From contig NC_058368.1 of NCBI RefSeq assembly GCF_018350175.1, positions 214,274,001 through 214,338,000 of the forward strand: a DNA stretch of 64,000 nt. Direction: 5' to 3'. Numbering within the stretch: position 1 is the stretch's first letter; each line of letters opens with the position of its first letter. The stretch is from Felis catus (Eukaryota). Positions 1 to 11,812 of this stretch are shown piece after piece. The translations under genes and the position numbers were made by a program. Under the pieces are notes generated by a model that had not been told where the DNA came from, searched no databases, and saw nothing but the letters and a program-made list of their open reading frames with translations.

Positions 1-165
1 TCCACGATCATAGACAGTCACCCTGCTGTTGTGTGCGATATACGGCTTTATACAAATCTTTCTGGTGCCATTGGAAGTGATTCTCGGGAGACAAAGCCCA
101 AGAACGACCCTGAGTGTTACCTCTTTGTATATTCACTTCCGCATTTCATCTGTGCAGTTCCAAAC

Positions 166-221
166 CTATTCAAAGGTCTTTCTGTTTGAGCTTCTGAAAT
201 TTAGCATATCCTCTGCTGAAT
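166..221 (-). CDS. Candidate second-exon coding part (DSAEDMLNFRSSNRKTFE*)
   Basis: Acceptor catctttttctctctag|A (AG at 223-222) joins in phase 1 to the 609 donor; TAG at 168-166; possible downstream donor GAG|GTAACA at 121/120; CpGs retained in 1-260. Confidence 0.35.
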
Positions 222-608
222 CTAGAGAGAAAAAGATGTAATTGTAATACACGAACCGTTCTCACTCTGCACATTAACACAGTAATAGAAAATAGAAGTT
301 TTTCAATACAAAAAGTAGGTTTTTGCTCTTATTTCACATATTTAAAAATAATGCAATATATCAGGAATTAATTTTAAGGTAGTCAAGTGTGATTCATCAC
401 CATTAAGTCACTTTTACCAAGGAGAATAACTCGATATACTCTATAGCATAGGAGAAGGAATAAAGTATATTTCATTTTAACACAGAAATACAATTTTGTC
501 CTGCAGTATAATTGGATTAGTGATATAGGAAGGTATCTCATAATAGGGTTTTATTGTATTTTCCCCTAAAGTTGCATAGTAAGTATCAGCTTCCATAAAG
601 GCACTTAC

Positions 609-660
609 CTGCAAAATCATCTGAATAGTTGTTACTCTGAGTATATTCTGTAGTTTCCAT
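609..660 (-). CDS. Candidate first-exon coding part of a small spliced ORF (METTEYTQSNNYSDDFA+G); may be a uORF
   Basis: ATG at 660-658, 17 codons + 1 nt, then consensus donor GCAG|GTAAGT (exon ends 609); TATAAAAG 48 nt upstream. Protein not recognised. Confidence 0.35.
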
Positions 661-700
661 TGAATATGTTCACTTGGGAGATTTCTAGTCCTAGTATTAA

Positions 701-731
701 CTTTTATAGAATATTTGGATATCGATTATTT
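701..731 (-). promoter_or_regulatory. TATA box plus adjacent CUT-domain (ONECUT/CUX-like) motif, candidate - strand core promoter
   Basis: TATAAAAG at 708-701 on -; TATCGATT at 720-727; correctly placed upstream of a consensus 5' splice site. Confidence 0.45.
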
Positions 732-1077
732 GGAAAGAATTAGAGTTAATAAAGAATTCAGTAAGCAAAGAGTTGATCTGTTAACCAATTTTTCCAAGTC
801 AGGAAGGGTCAATGCTAATGGATTTGATTACAGTCAGGTGAAAGTACTACAAATGCTGTTACAGCTAGGTTCTTGCTTGAGCTGATCACCTTAGGTGCAG
901 ATACATCTGGGCATGTCTGAAACCCTGCAGGGTACTGCCCACTCATTGCATGAAGGACAGAGGAAGTTTCCTGGGAGAGAGTGCCTTCTGAGGAAAGAAG
1001 GAGGGAAGCAGTCAAGCTTGACCCAACAACAAAGACTTAATCTTCAGAAGGAAGCAGGGATTTTGAATTTAGAATGG

Positions 1078-1575
1078 GCGTCTTGTTTGCAGCTGATTTG
1101 TTTTCCAGTCTAGACCCCCGTGGACTCCTTCCTGTGGGTTCTGAGTCCTGTGAAGTGTGTGTGTAAGGAGCCTGGGTGGGCGTGTGAGGAAGGACGATTT
1201 TGAATAAAAGCTGAAAGAATTGAATGACTAGGGACTCTCTCAGACCCTGTTCTGGTACTAACACCAATAGATGTAACACAAAAGAAGGAAGAGGAATATC
1301 CGCCTGCTTTGCAAAAAATCCCCCCAAAACAAAAACAAACCCAAACCCAAAAACAAAAACCAAAAAACAAACCCCAAACCCAAAATGCTGTTTTGAATGA
1401 CTGCTAAAGGACCTGTTCCTCTGTAGTGTGCGAAATTGTGCAGCGAAGGGGGAAGTGATGTAGCTCCGTAGAAATGCAACAGTGTGTTACGGGATTTAGG
1501 GGAGAGGCCCTCGGGAGTGGCGTGGGAGATGGGGAGGGAGATAAAATGAATCACTGAGGCCACTTGTACTGCGAT
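1078..1575. promoter_or_regulatory. CpG-retaining promoter/enhancer-like segment
   Basis: About a dozen CpGs in 500 bp versus depleted flanks; ETS+RUNX-like TTCCTGTGGGTT 1129-1140, KLF/SP GGGTGGGCGTG 1174-1184, PU.1-type AGGGGGAAGTG 1447-1457. Confidence 0.4.
1326..1385. repeat. Degenerate (AAAAC/AAACCC)n simple repeat
   Basis: Directly visible A/C-rich tandem units. Confidence 0.85.
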
Positions 1576-1936
1576 TAATTTTTGTGATGATGAACAACAT
1601 ACTTGCTCTCCACCATTTTTACATTATTAAAATGGGTGTTGTTACCGCTTGTTCACTTTCATACTTAATGGGTGATGAAACTCTTAAAAGACTCTTGTTT
1701 ACTTAAAAATAAAAAACAAATATTTTACAGATTTGCCTATTTATGAAAAATCTTTTTTTGTTACTGTTGAAATGTTAGGAAAACACTTTTTCACCGTTTA
1801 CGTGGCATGCATATCTATTTTTTTTCTCATGAATATCGAACTCTAAACTGGAAAGTGTGAGGAGTATAAAGTTGGCTACACTTCTCACTCTCCTGAGTCC
1901 CCCTCCCCCCCCAAAAAAGTCCAAAAACATCTAATT

Positions 1937-2158
1937 CAGGGTTTCTTAGTCTTGAGATTATTGACACTTTGGACTGGAAAGTTCTCTGTGTTGGGGAGAC
2001 TATCCTGTGCACTGTACTGTGTTTAGGGGCTTCCCTGATTCTACCTACTGGATCCCTGTAGCACACCTTCCCTCCCCTTTAAGAGGGTACAATAAAGAAT
2101 GTCTTCCAACATTGCCAAGGGCAGGGGAGGCAAAATTTCACCACATTGGGAATCATTG
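1937..2158 (-). mobile_element. MER20 (hAT-Charlie MITE)
   Basis: Ends CAGGGTTTCT...AATCATTG, internal match to remembered MER20 consensus, degenerate 8-bp TSD atctaatt/atctaaca. Confidence 0.85.
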
Positions 2159-2323
2159 ATCTAACATAACACAGTGTACTAATTTGAAACAAAAAATTTA
2201 GATAAAATAGTATTGGTAGAATTGGCCATAAACTTGTTAAGGTAATACGAACATTCCTATGCGTTCTTAATTCTTGAAACACTTGTTTCTTGATATGTGA
2301 ATATGTTAGATGCTTAAAACTGA

Positions 2324-2528
2324 AAATAATAACAGCTACCATTTACTGAGGACTTCCTCAGAGTGCCAAATATTGTGCTAAGCAGTTTATCAGCATGCCA
2401 TTGAATTCTCTTAGCACCTGTTTGTGGTTAGTATTATTCTCAGTTTTCAGAGGCTTAGAGAGGTTAAACAAATTGCTCAAAGTCATACAGGTAGTCATTG
2501 AAATATATGACATTTAAATCCACATCTG
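2324..2528 (-). mobile_element. MIR SINE
   Basis: AATAACAGCTACCATTTACTGAG and core CAGAGGCTTAGAGAGGTTAAACAAATTGCTCAAAGTCATACAG. Confidence 0.8.
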
Positions 2529-2556
2529 CTTAGGCACAGCCTTGGAAGGTTACTTT

Positions 2557-3033
2557 ATGAGTCAGTCCAGGTTCTTGCAGGAAAAGGAGCATTCTAATCA
2601 GGTAACCAATGATACTTTCACAAAGCTCTTATCTACATTTGATGGTGGGGACATCAATAAGGAATGACAAAACTCCCCTGTGTAAGAACTTCCGCATCTT
2701 GTGGTAGGTCTGAGGGAGCCAGAGGAGGGAGTAGTTACCATAACCCAGAAAGAATGGCTATAGTTTTAGAGATGACTGCAGGCAGGAGCATGGAGGGGGT
2801 ATAGCCAGTTCAACAGCTGCCAGGCAGGAAGGCACTTGGGGGAGAAAATATGTTAAAGCACATCATGCCACCTATCCTTTGATCTCTCACTGGTGACTTC
2901 TGGATCCAACAGGAAGCAGTGGGGCAAAGATACTTGTTACTGTTGCATCCATAGAGATAATTTCCTAGGGCTCAGAGCTAAGTCAAGATTGGAGAGTGAA
3001 TCTGGAGGGGCAGAGGGAAAAATTCTGGGTTAC
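2557..3033 (-). mobile_element. ERVL-type solo LTR (LTR33-like)
   Basis: Diverged match to remembered LTR33-family sequence, e.g. GGAGAGTGAATCTGGAGGGGCAG near the end. Confidence 0.5.
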
Positions 3034-3129
3034 TCTAAACTTCATAACTCTTTATATAATTAGGATAATTTATTAAATGGATTTGAGCACCTACACAGAC
3101 CATGACAATAACTACTAGCAATAATGTGT

Positions 3130-3461
3130 TGTGAAAAGATAAACTGAAGCATATTAAAATTTTTGAATTTGAGTGTGTATCCATTTGAATGGGGCAATGT
3201 CAAACCAGAAATGGTAAAGAGGACTCCACTATCAGGACCCAGGGGAAGGACTGCCTTAGAGAAAGTGTGGAAGCAAAGAAAGGAAATTATTGATTGGCTA
3301 TAGCTTAAAGCCTAGTTGGCTGTTTGTGATTGATTGTCCTTAGCATTTTGATTTTGTAACCCTGAGGTATTTATAGGCTTAGATTTTGGTTTGCTTGCAT
3401 AAGCCCTTGTGGCATTAGAGCCATCTCAGTCCAGTGGCCTCCTTATTTAGTTAATTTAAAA
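3130..3461 (-). mobile_element. ERV1-class solo LTR (MER51/MER57-like, probably carnivore subfamily)
   Basis: Ends TGTGAAAAGATAAACT / GGCCTCCTTATTTAGTTAATTTAA, repeated GATTGG/GATTGA (CCAAT-like) motifs. Confidence 0.65.
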
Positions 3462-3470
3462 GGGCTATAG

Positions 3471-3650
3471 TAGATGTGGGCAAACTTCTTTTGTAAAGGG
3501 TCAGGTAGCAAATATTTCAGTCTGTATGTGCCATACCGTCTCTACTGCAACTACTCAACTCTGTAGGGCAAATGAATAAATGAGTTGACTGTAGTACAAT
3601 AAAACTATTACTATTTTTTGGTCCAAAGGGTTGGAGTTTGCCTGCCACTA
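3471..3650 (+). mobile_element. MER58A (hAT-Charlie), diverged
   Basis: GGCAAACTTCTTTTGTAAAGGGTCAGGTAGCAAATATTT...ACTACTCAACTCTG...AATAAAACT...GAGTTTGCC. Confidence 0.75.
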
Positions 3651-5489
3651 GTCAACTATGCAAAGATGATAAGGTCCTACTGAATATGAAATGGGAGAGA
3701 ATGGCCATGGGTTAGCTAGGAAATCTTTCTCCCAAATTTTTCTTTGGGGTTATGCTTTTGGCAAGATATAGAGACAATTAAAAAATTTGGATTTATTTTT
3801 GAAATTACTCTGTTAGGCTTTTAAAAAATTGTATTTTATTTATAGGACTTTTCCCTTGTCCCTCTTCTTTTGTCACCTTCTCAGTTGAAAGTGAATAATT
3901 AAGCACTTAATTGGATAATTTGGGTCTCAAATCCTCTTTATTTTAAATGATACATATAAGATCATCCTTGTCCTATTTAATTTTACCTTTAGAAGACCCA
4001 ATCATAAAGGACAGGTAAGGAAATTTTTTTCCTGAGACTAATTACATAACTAGAGAACTGAAACTAACATGTTTAATTCCTGAGATACTGATTGAGATAA
4101 TCACAGCATAAGTGAGAAGAACCAGAGATTGGCTCTTGGTATTACAAGAAGCCTTTTTTCAACAGTTTTGGTATTATTCCTAGGAACAAGCCAAGAGCAA
4201 TGAATCAGGCTGAAGTTGGCAAGAAATACATAGGTATGTCAACAGTGGTAGACCTGAAAGTATTTATACAATTTGATCAAGTGAGTTCTGAAAGAAAAAA
4301 AAAGAAGAATATTTTGCCTTTTATAAAAGCTTATTTTAAGGAAATTATGTACATCATGGCCTAAGGAAACTTAACTACAATTCTTTTTGGAATAAAACTC
4401 TACATTACTACAATGTTGATGTTATGGAAACCTGTAGAGGAGAAAGTCTGATTAAAATTAATTCCTGTTACTATGAAGGTAAAAGGCAGCCAGCCAAAGT
4501 CAGGGCAAAATGAAGTATATGCCTTAAGGAAGAACAGTTTTAGACTATAAAATTATGAGTCTAGAAGAGGAGGGAATTGGGATGATTTATTTAACTCAGT
4601 AATGAAACTTAAACATAATCTAAGTAATGGTTTCTAAAGTAACCTAAGGTGCAAAACCCTCCAACTGTGAAAATTTAACTCTGAATGTATTTTGCTTCCT
4701 AATAAGGAGGTATATCTTCACATATTGACTAACAAAGGAAGTTCACAAACAGAAATTTCCAGAGCGTAAATCCATAAAGAGAAATGGATGGTAGATACAT
4801 ATTCCAAACCACTTTTGAAATTAGATTATTATTTGAATGCTTCAAATTTTGTGATTAGCATGGAATTGAAATCTCTAATAAAGCTCTTAGCGAGGATAAA
4901 GGCAGAGATTCTTTCTTTGTAAAATTCATTTCAATTCCTCAAATATTTTTGAGGGCCGGATCATCTCTGGGGTCCTTTCACAGTAACATCCTGAGTTGTA
5001 GGAGCCATAAGACTGATTTGCTACTTGGTTGAGGAGAGGTTTGACTTGGTTGAGGAGAGCATTTGGATACATTTTTTGATTTCTTGCTATCTCTCACCTT
5101 TTTTCCCCCCATAATTTTTCTTCCAGTTTTCCCACTTTATGGCATTTTAATCTCTTGTTCTATTGTGGTAAGAGAGTTCCTTATGGAACTAAGTTTCTTT
5201 CATGAAAGAGTCTTATCCTGAGTCATAACATGTATGATGCCCAGTTTTAACAAGGGTCCTGAGAACAATGGTGGTTTCTGAGACTTTCAATGTGAAGACA
5301 CTGCCTGAATTTCAATTATTCGTATCTTAAAAATATACACAGGAGTGAGAGGGGTATCTCCTGTACCCATATTTGTTTTTTGCTTTATTCCTAATGCATT
5401 TACATGAGGATATGCTGCGGACATCACTTTTTATGTGGCACCATTTTACCTTCACCCTCAGACCAGCTATATCATTCATTATCGCCAAG

Positions 5490-6138
5490 TAGTAAAGCCA
5501 TCACCACTGTCACCCTAGTCTACACTAATGTCATCTCTCTCCTGGCTACAAAAGTAGCTTTCTCACTGGTTTCCCTCCTTCCACTTGTTTCCCTGCAGTT
5601 CACTATCCACATGATAATCAGAATGGTCTTTTGGAAGCCTGAGTTCAATTTGCCCCAAATACAACAAAGACTTTCCATAATATTTAAAGTAAAATTCAAA
5701 CATGATTTTGTCCCTGCCTCCTCCTTAGCCTCATGTCATGATGCTCCCCCTCTTGCCTACCATATCCCGGAATCACTAGCTTTCTTTCCATTCCTCCTGC
5801 AGGCTTGTTCCTTGGTGGGCTGTGTTCTTTCCTCAGTCATTCCAGGACTGTCACTTACGGCCACTCAACTATTGGTCACATTGTGTCATTGACAGACAGG
5901 CTCTCTCAGTTTACCTGAAGTACCCACACAGTAGTGGTATTTGGTATCACTTCTAATTCTTTACATACACTTACCGGTATTGGATGTTCATTGCCTTTAT
6001 CTATTGTTGGGGTTTTGCCACCTTCACCCAATAAAATACAGGTCTGTACCATGCCTGGTTTGTTCATCTGTTTCCTCAGAGCCTAGGATAGTGTTAGCTA
6101 TGTGGTGAGTGCTCAATAAATATTTATTGAATGAATAA
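5490..6138 (+). mobile_element. LINE-2 3' fragment
   Basis: Pyrimidine-rich L2 body, terminal GTGCTCAATAAATATTTATTGAATGAAT. Confidence 0.8.
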
Positions 6139-6944
6139 TAACTGTCTTTACATTTTTTTACCTGGGATGCAAGACTGTAAACAAATGATAACAAATCTAG
6201 CTCTACTGCAGATTTAGTGGGTTGTGTCCCTTATGTAAATAGTGATAAATGTGTCTTTCCTATAACATGGAATATCTCTAATGTGCTTCTGTTTTTTAAA
6301 ACAATGAATTTCTACTGCCCTTGAACTGAAAGCAATTTGGTATCTTTTTCATTAAGAAATTTGTGTGTTTAATTTGAATATTGTATTCAATCTTCAGCAT
6401 CAAAACAGATTATCTTATCTTTCCCTTCTATTGCTCCTTTTAGTTTCAATCATAGATAGTTGTAATTTTAGGATCCAAATGCCAAATGTTGTAATGATCT
6501 TCCTACTGTGGAGAAGTATATTGAAGAGGTCTGTCCTTGAGTTTGTGGTACCTGACAAGGAATCCAGCAGAGATTGTTCACGCCCAAGGGCACTTATTTT
6601 TAAAACATGACCCTAAAAACACTGGGACTGTGGTGGAAGTCAGATATCAAAATATATTTTGACTAATAAAGCTTCAGTTTTAATATTAGAAGTTGGAGGT
6701 AGTACCCAAAAGGTGGAAAGGCTGGGAAAACAAATTTATGACCCACTAATGCCAAAAGTAGAGGGTATATATGGATTCAGGACTGATTCAAGCAACTATC
6801 ACCTATGCTTACAGGCACTTATGAAGCCAACTCATGTTTTTAAAGCCCTTGTTGGAAATCCAGCTGTAATTTATTTAGGGAATGTGCGATCCTTAAATCC
6901 ATGATACATTTCACCAGATGCATTCAAAGTAAAGATCTAGACTC

Positions 6945-7210
6945 AAGTGATATCATCCAAACTGTAGCAGGATGACCCATTAGTAGATTGTAAAATCAAT
7001 TCAGTGGGTCATGATTGGCAATTTCCTTTTAAAAAAAAGGATATATAATAGAATTGAATAGAATAGAAAGTATCACAGGGCATCATACATCGTAAAACTT
7101 ACAATGGTTTCATTAAAATTCCCTATCAGTTATATGATTGTAGTGGGTATGGCATCATCATGTAAAATACATTTCTCACTCTGGGGTCAAAAATCTATGA
7201 AAGCCACCAG
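6945..7210 (+). mobile_element. hAT MITE (MER112-like)
   Basis: GACCCATTAGTAGATTGTAAAATCAATTCAGTGGGTCATG...AATAGAATAGAAAG...GGTCAAAAA...GAAAGCCAC. Confidence 0.6.
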
Positions 7211-7830
7211 AGAATATTGAATTGGTTTGGATTGGGTTCATATGACATAAAATGAAGAATAATTTACAGAGAGAATTTTCCCAAAGGTATAAGGACTAGT
7301 CCTCAGATAAGGGCAAAGTCAAGTTGTCATTGATCTCCGTGAAGTAGGAAATTGCTGAAATATAGAAGAGAATGTTTCGGACTCCATTATTCCTAATTCC
7401 TACAAACATGGCCTCATATGCTTTGCCTGCTGATGGTTCATGACTTGCTTAATCGGGTTTTGAGCTTCCTAAACTGAAGTCAAGCTCCTTGAAGTAGAGG
7501 TGGTCATATAATTCTTCTGTGTGTGTCTTGTAATGCTGAGAACTTAGTAGTCACATAAAACATTTATGTTAACTGCCCAACTGAAAAATAAAAATGTGAA
7601 TAGTTAAAGAAGATCAAATATAACCTGTATCATCTTAGCTGGCCCAGAATCATAACCCAGTGGTTTTGCCTACCATCCCTGTCTGTCATTAGCACACATA
7701 TCAATTTTCTCTCTGCAAATGTTTTTAAGCCAAATGTTTCAAATTTATTAAAAATAGGACATGTGATAGTTATCAAATATCAAAATGCCTTTCAAAAATT
7801 CCAAATAACTTATCACAGTTGGTTCCACTT

Positions 7831-8025
7831 AAAAAAATGTTTATTTATTTACTTTGAGAGAGAGAGGGAGGTGGGGAGGGGCAGAGAGAGAGGAGGACAG
7901 AGGATCCGAAGCAGGCTTTGTGCTGGTAGCAGATAGCCCAGTGCAGGGCCTGAACTCACACATTGTGAGATCATGACCTGAGCCGAAGTCGGACACTTAA
8001 CCAGACTGAGCCATCTAGGCACCTC
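7831..8025 (-). mobile_element. Can-SINE (SINEC, felid type)
   Basis: tRNA-derived head, (CT)n, A tail on -; 12-bp TSD ttggttccactt (7819-7830/8026-8037). Confidence 0.95.
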
Positions 8026-9505
8026 TTGGTTCCACTTTTTTTAAACCCTTAAATCTGTAATTCTGTCAAAGAAAGATATCACATTCTCCTGGCTTGATTT
8101 GTTTTTCTTCCTAACAGTAAGGTTGGAATCCAGAAGAGATAGAAATGGTTTCAGATTCCTATTTAGATTCTTTTTTTCTAAGTCAGGTTTAGAATCAGCT
8201 CCTCCTGCATAATCCAAAGTCATTGAGTTAAATTAAACAAGAGATTCCTGAGTAGATGAAGCCAAGCATGACTAACGTCTTGTCTCAGACACATGTCAAG
8301 CTTGGTTAAGAATTAGACTCCCCTTCGTTATTGCCTGGACAGAGGGAAGTCTCTTTTACTATGACCCAGCATGAGCGAGCAGGTCTCATGTTCATTTGAA
8401 GCAATTTACTTTTGTATTTCTCTTTTATAGTTCACAGCAGGTCCTTCTAGGAGGAATAGAAGGGCTTGCTCTTCAATCTACCTTTATTGTTTCACTGAAG
8501 AGTAGAAGCAAAACATATTTTAATCAGAAGAATTATATCTGAGTGCTATAAATGTTTCCAGAGCCAACCAAGAAAGCCCTGCTACATTTAAGGTCAGGGC
8601 TGATGTTTTAAGAGGAAAATGTTGATGGTAAACTCATGGGGAAATAAAATCTTAGACTATTCTAAGTGACCTATCTCGTTGGGTAGTAATCAGGAGATAA
8701 GGCCCGAAATTCCAGAGATTAGCTCCAGTAGATAAGATTCCCAGACTTCTAAAGAAAAACAGACATTGCTAGGATACGTAGTGAGTCCTATGGAACTCAA
8801 GTGCCACTGTTTTACAGCAAAGCCACCTTTCTATTGATTAGTGTTAATGAGACGAGGAGGTTCCACATTGATGGATTATCAGTCTACCTAATCTTGTTTT
8901 TTACTACTTATTCTTTCTTGTTGCTATGGTTAGAAATATGTGAAAACTAAATCCTTGTTTCTTCTTTCAGTTGACCTTATTCTGATTTATCAAAGTGATT
9001 CTCTTACACTCTGAACTATGCCAATTATTGTGTCTGTCAAGCCACACATTCATTAGAGTATTGGGACTAATGGACATGCTCTAAGAGCACATTCATCTTT
9101 AGAAATACGGTAAAAGCTAATTCTTTTGGCTCAGCAGAGCTCAGGTTGACATCTTGCCACTCTTCTGCTGCCAGGAATATCTGGTGACTTAATGAAGCAA
9201 AGATCTTAAACACACAACTCAGTGGATTATTCAATATCAAGGTTTGCACTAGCATCTGTGACAAAGGATTAACACTTTCAGCTCTACAGAAGTACAGGTG
9301 ACGAATTAAAACACAAGAGGACTACCCGAACGGACAGTGCATCAGTAGGATTACAGAGTAACTTGTACTTCAAGAGCCGATTGATCCTCCTTTTCATATG
9401 GTATTTAAAAAATAATCTTTTATATGCCGGTGGTAATACAGCTGGATTAGTGAAGCCAATGGGCTGTGACTGTTTAAATATTAATTGGGACAGCAGTGTC
9501 TAAAT

Positions 9506-9686
9506 GAGTTGTTCTCAACCCTGACCGCATATTAGAATCACCTAGGGAGTTTTTAAAATTTGCCGATGCCCAGTCCCTATCCCTAGAGAGGACTGCTTTA
9601 ATTGTTCAGGGGCAGTGCCCTGGCATCAGAATATCCTAAAAGCTCCCTTGGTGATTTGCATGTATAGTCAGCTTTGAGGACCATAG
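9506..9686. mobile_element. MER5-family hAT-Charlie MITE
   Basis: GTTCTCAACCCTGACCGCATATTAGAATCACCTAGGGAG...AAAGCTCCCTTGGTGATT...TGAGGACCA. Confidence 0.8.
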
Positions 9687-11404
9687 TAAATAAATGCTAA
9701 AACAGAATAGCTTTTTGTTACCTGGATGCCTGATTCAAATATCCTATTTTTAAAAAAATTCTCAGTGGTGTATCTTTTGTTAAAACAATAGAACAAACAT
9801 TTTGTTTCATTCAATTCCAATCACTGTGGTCTTGCCACGTGATAACATTTTATGAATGCAATTAAAATATTTTGGCCATCTTCAGGAAGGCTTTTTAAAT
9901 TTTCCAAATATATTCAATACGAAATTTATGCTCTAGGAAAGTCTCTTATTTTTTGCAGCATCCTGGAATTTGTTCACCAGAGCAAAAAATGCAAAATACA
10001 CCCAAAGATTCTTTGCCAGTTCAATAAACAAGCAAATAAACAAAAACATTAAAACCTGTTCTTGTTTAGTTAGTTTAGTTGACTAAAAAAGGAGACAATT
10101 AGTTATTCATCAGTTTGTGCCAGAAAAAAAATACACACCCACCTACACTCACCCCCACACCCCCACACCCAGAGAAATGCTAGCAAGAGACCTCCCAGCC
10201 CCCCATTCAGCCATTCAGCCTTTCTTGGCCTCAAGGTCACATAGTTAGTGGCAGAACTGAGATGAACATCTGTGATTCTTGTCTCACATTCTGTCCTCTG
10301 CTGCTTGGGAAAAGAACAATGGGGACCAAGTAGGTAAAGAAGGTGATAGGACTGGTGTGGGGCCCTTCCTCTGGGATTAGAATGGTTTCGACATTTCTCT
10401 ACAGATCACCCCTCCTAGCCATGTGTGTGTGAGTGTACCTGTGTGCCCTAGCATGAGTTCTTGTGGAAAGGCTGATGTTAAGCCCCATTCTGTTCTGAAT
10501 TACAATGTGCAGCTGCTCACTGGGGTGAGGATCTTCCAGCATCATTGCTGGCCATGGAATGGGTGACTTACACCCACAGCCAAGACCCTCTTCTCAGCTC
10601 CCTATGACCTTTTGTTTTGCTGCATATCCCTACTAGTGGCTTCTCTAAACTTCTTCTAAGCTGGGCCCAACTACAAGTATTTCTGTGCCTTGAATAATGA
10701 GTTACTGCCTTTCCAGTGGTTTCTTAGTTAAATGCTATGGAAAAGGGGAGAAGCCCAGCTGAGGCAAGCAGGAGGGATGTAGGCACAGTACAGCCTTTGG
10801 GGAAGCTAGAACTTGATTTGGTTAGACTCCTATAGTTCTGTCCTACTTTTGTGTGTTGGCTCATTTTTTTGGTTGAAAAAATGCAAAATGTCCACACTTG
10901 TTTGCTTTCTCTCCATGTCTTTGTTTCCTAAAGATCTTGGTGGCCTATATATTTTTTCTCTGAGTTCACTAACTTCACACATTTATATTCTAGTAATGCT
11001 GATATATTTCTGTCTAATCTGAATTTCTTCTCTGATCAATCTACCTGTGCAACATCTAAATTTTACATGTCTTCCTGATTTGATTTCCTTTAAAAAAAGA
11101 TGCCATTTATGACATATTTTCTGGTTGTTCCTTGTTTTCTTATTTTACAATGTATTTTATAATATAATACTAAAAAGAATGGTGTGTCTTTTTATTATGA
11201 CAGTGCAATTCTTTCATTATATTTTTCTAAAAGTGACATCTTTACCAGGTCTAATTGCTAAACCTAGAAGCAGTGTCCATGGACCATCTCTGGTAACTTT
11301 GTTCTGTTTCTTAACCCAATTAAAAAAATATGTTGCTATCTTCCACTGCAATCTTCTCTTCCCCTAACACACACTATTTCCTGGCATTTTTTTTTTTACA
11401 GCAT

Positions 11405-11406
<2 letters not shown>

Positions 11407-11452
<46 letters not shown>
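11407..11452. repeat. (TG)23 microsatellite
   Basis: Perfect dinucleotide run. Confidence 0.97.
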
Positions 11453-11455
<3 letters not shown>

Positions 11456-11456
11456 T

Positions 11457-11812
11457 TACGTTGAATTTTGTCAAATGTATTTCCTGCATCAATCAATAAC
11501 ATCATATGACTTTTTACCTTTAGTTTGTTGACATGATGGATTACATCGATTGATTTCAAATGTTGAACCAGCCTTGCATCCTTGGAATAACTCCAAATTG
11601 GTAATGGTGTATAATTCTTTTCACACACTGGTAGATTCAAGTGCTAATATATATTTTTTTATTTTTGCATCTAAATTCATGAGACACATTGATTTGTAGT
11701 TTTCTTTTTTAAGTACTTTTTCAGTCTGGTTTTGAAATCAGGATAGTACTGGGTTCATGAAATAAGTTTGGAAATGCTGTTTCCTCTGCTATTTTCTGAA
11801 ATAGATTGTGCA
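11457..11812 (-). mobile_element. Old L1 ORF2 (RT region) fragment
   Basis: Track ORF 11374-11640 contains SIDVIHHVNKLKVKSHMMLLIDAGNTFDKIQ, homologous to L1 RT ([10 protein letters not shown]...[11 protein letters not shown]). Confidence 0.85.

Noticed and set aside
22..29. ACAGCAGG on -, identical to the start of miR-214
   Set aside because: Only 8 nt match and no precursor hairpin seen.
1..165. Open - strand frame IYKEVTLRVVLGLCLPRITSNGTRK... after a TGA (readthrough or selenocysteine idea)
   Set aside because: No ATG after the stop, no recognisable protein and no SECIS visible; a 44-codon open stretch is expected by chance.
5404..5892. 162-aa ORF
   Set aside because: Lies in a decayed LINE-2; Leu/Ser-rich with no domain.
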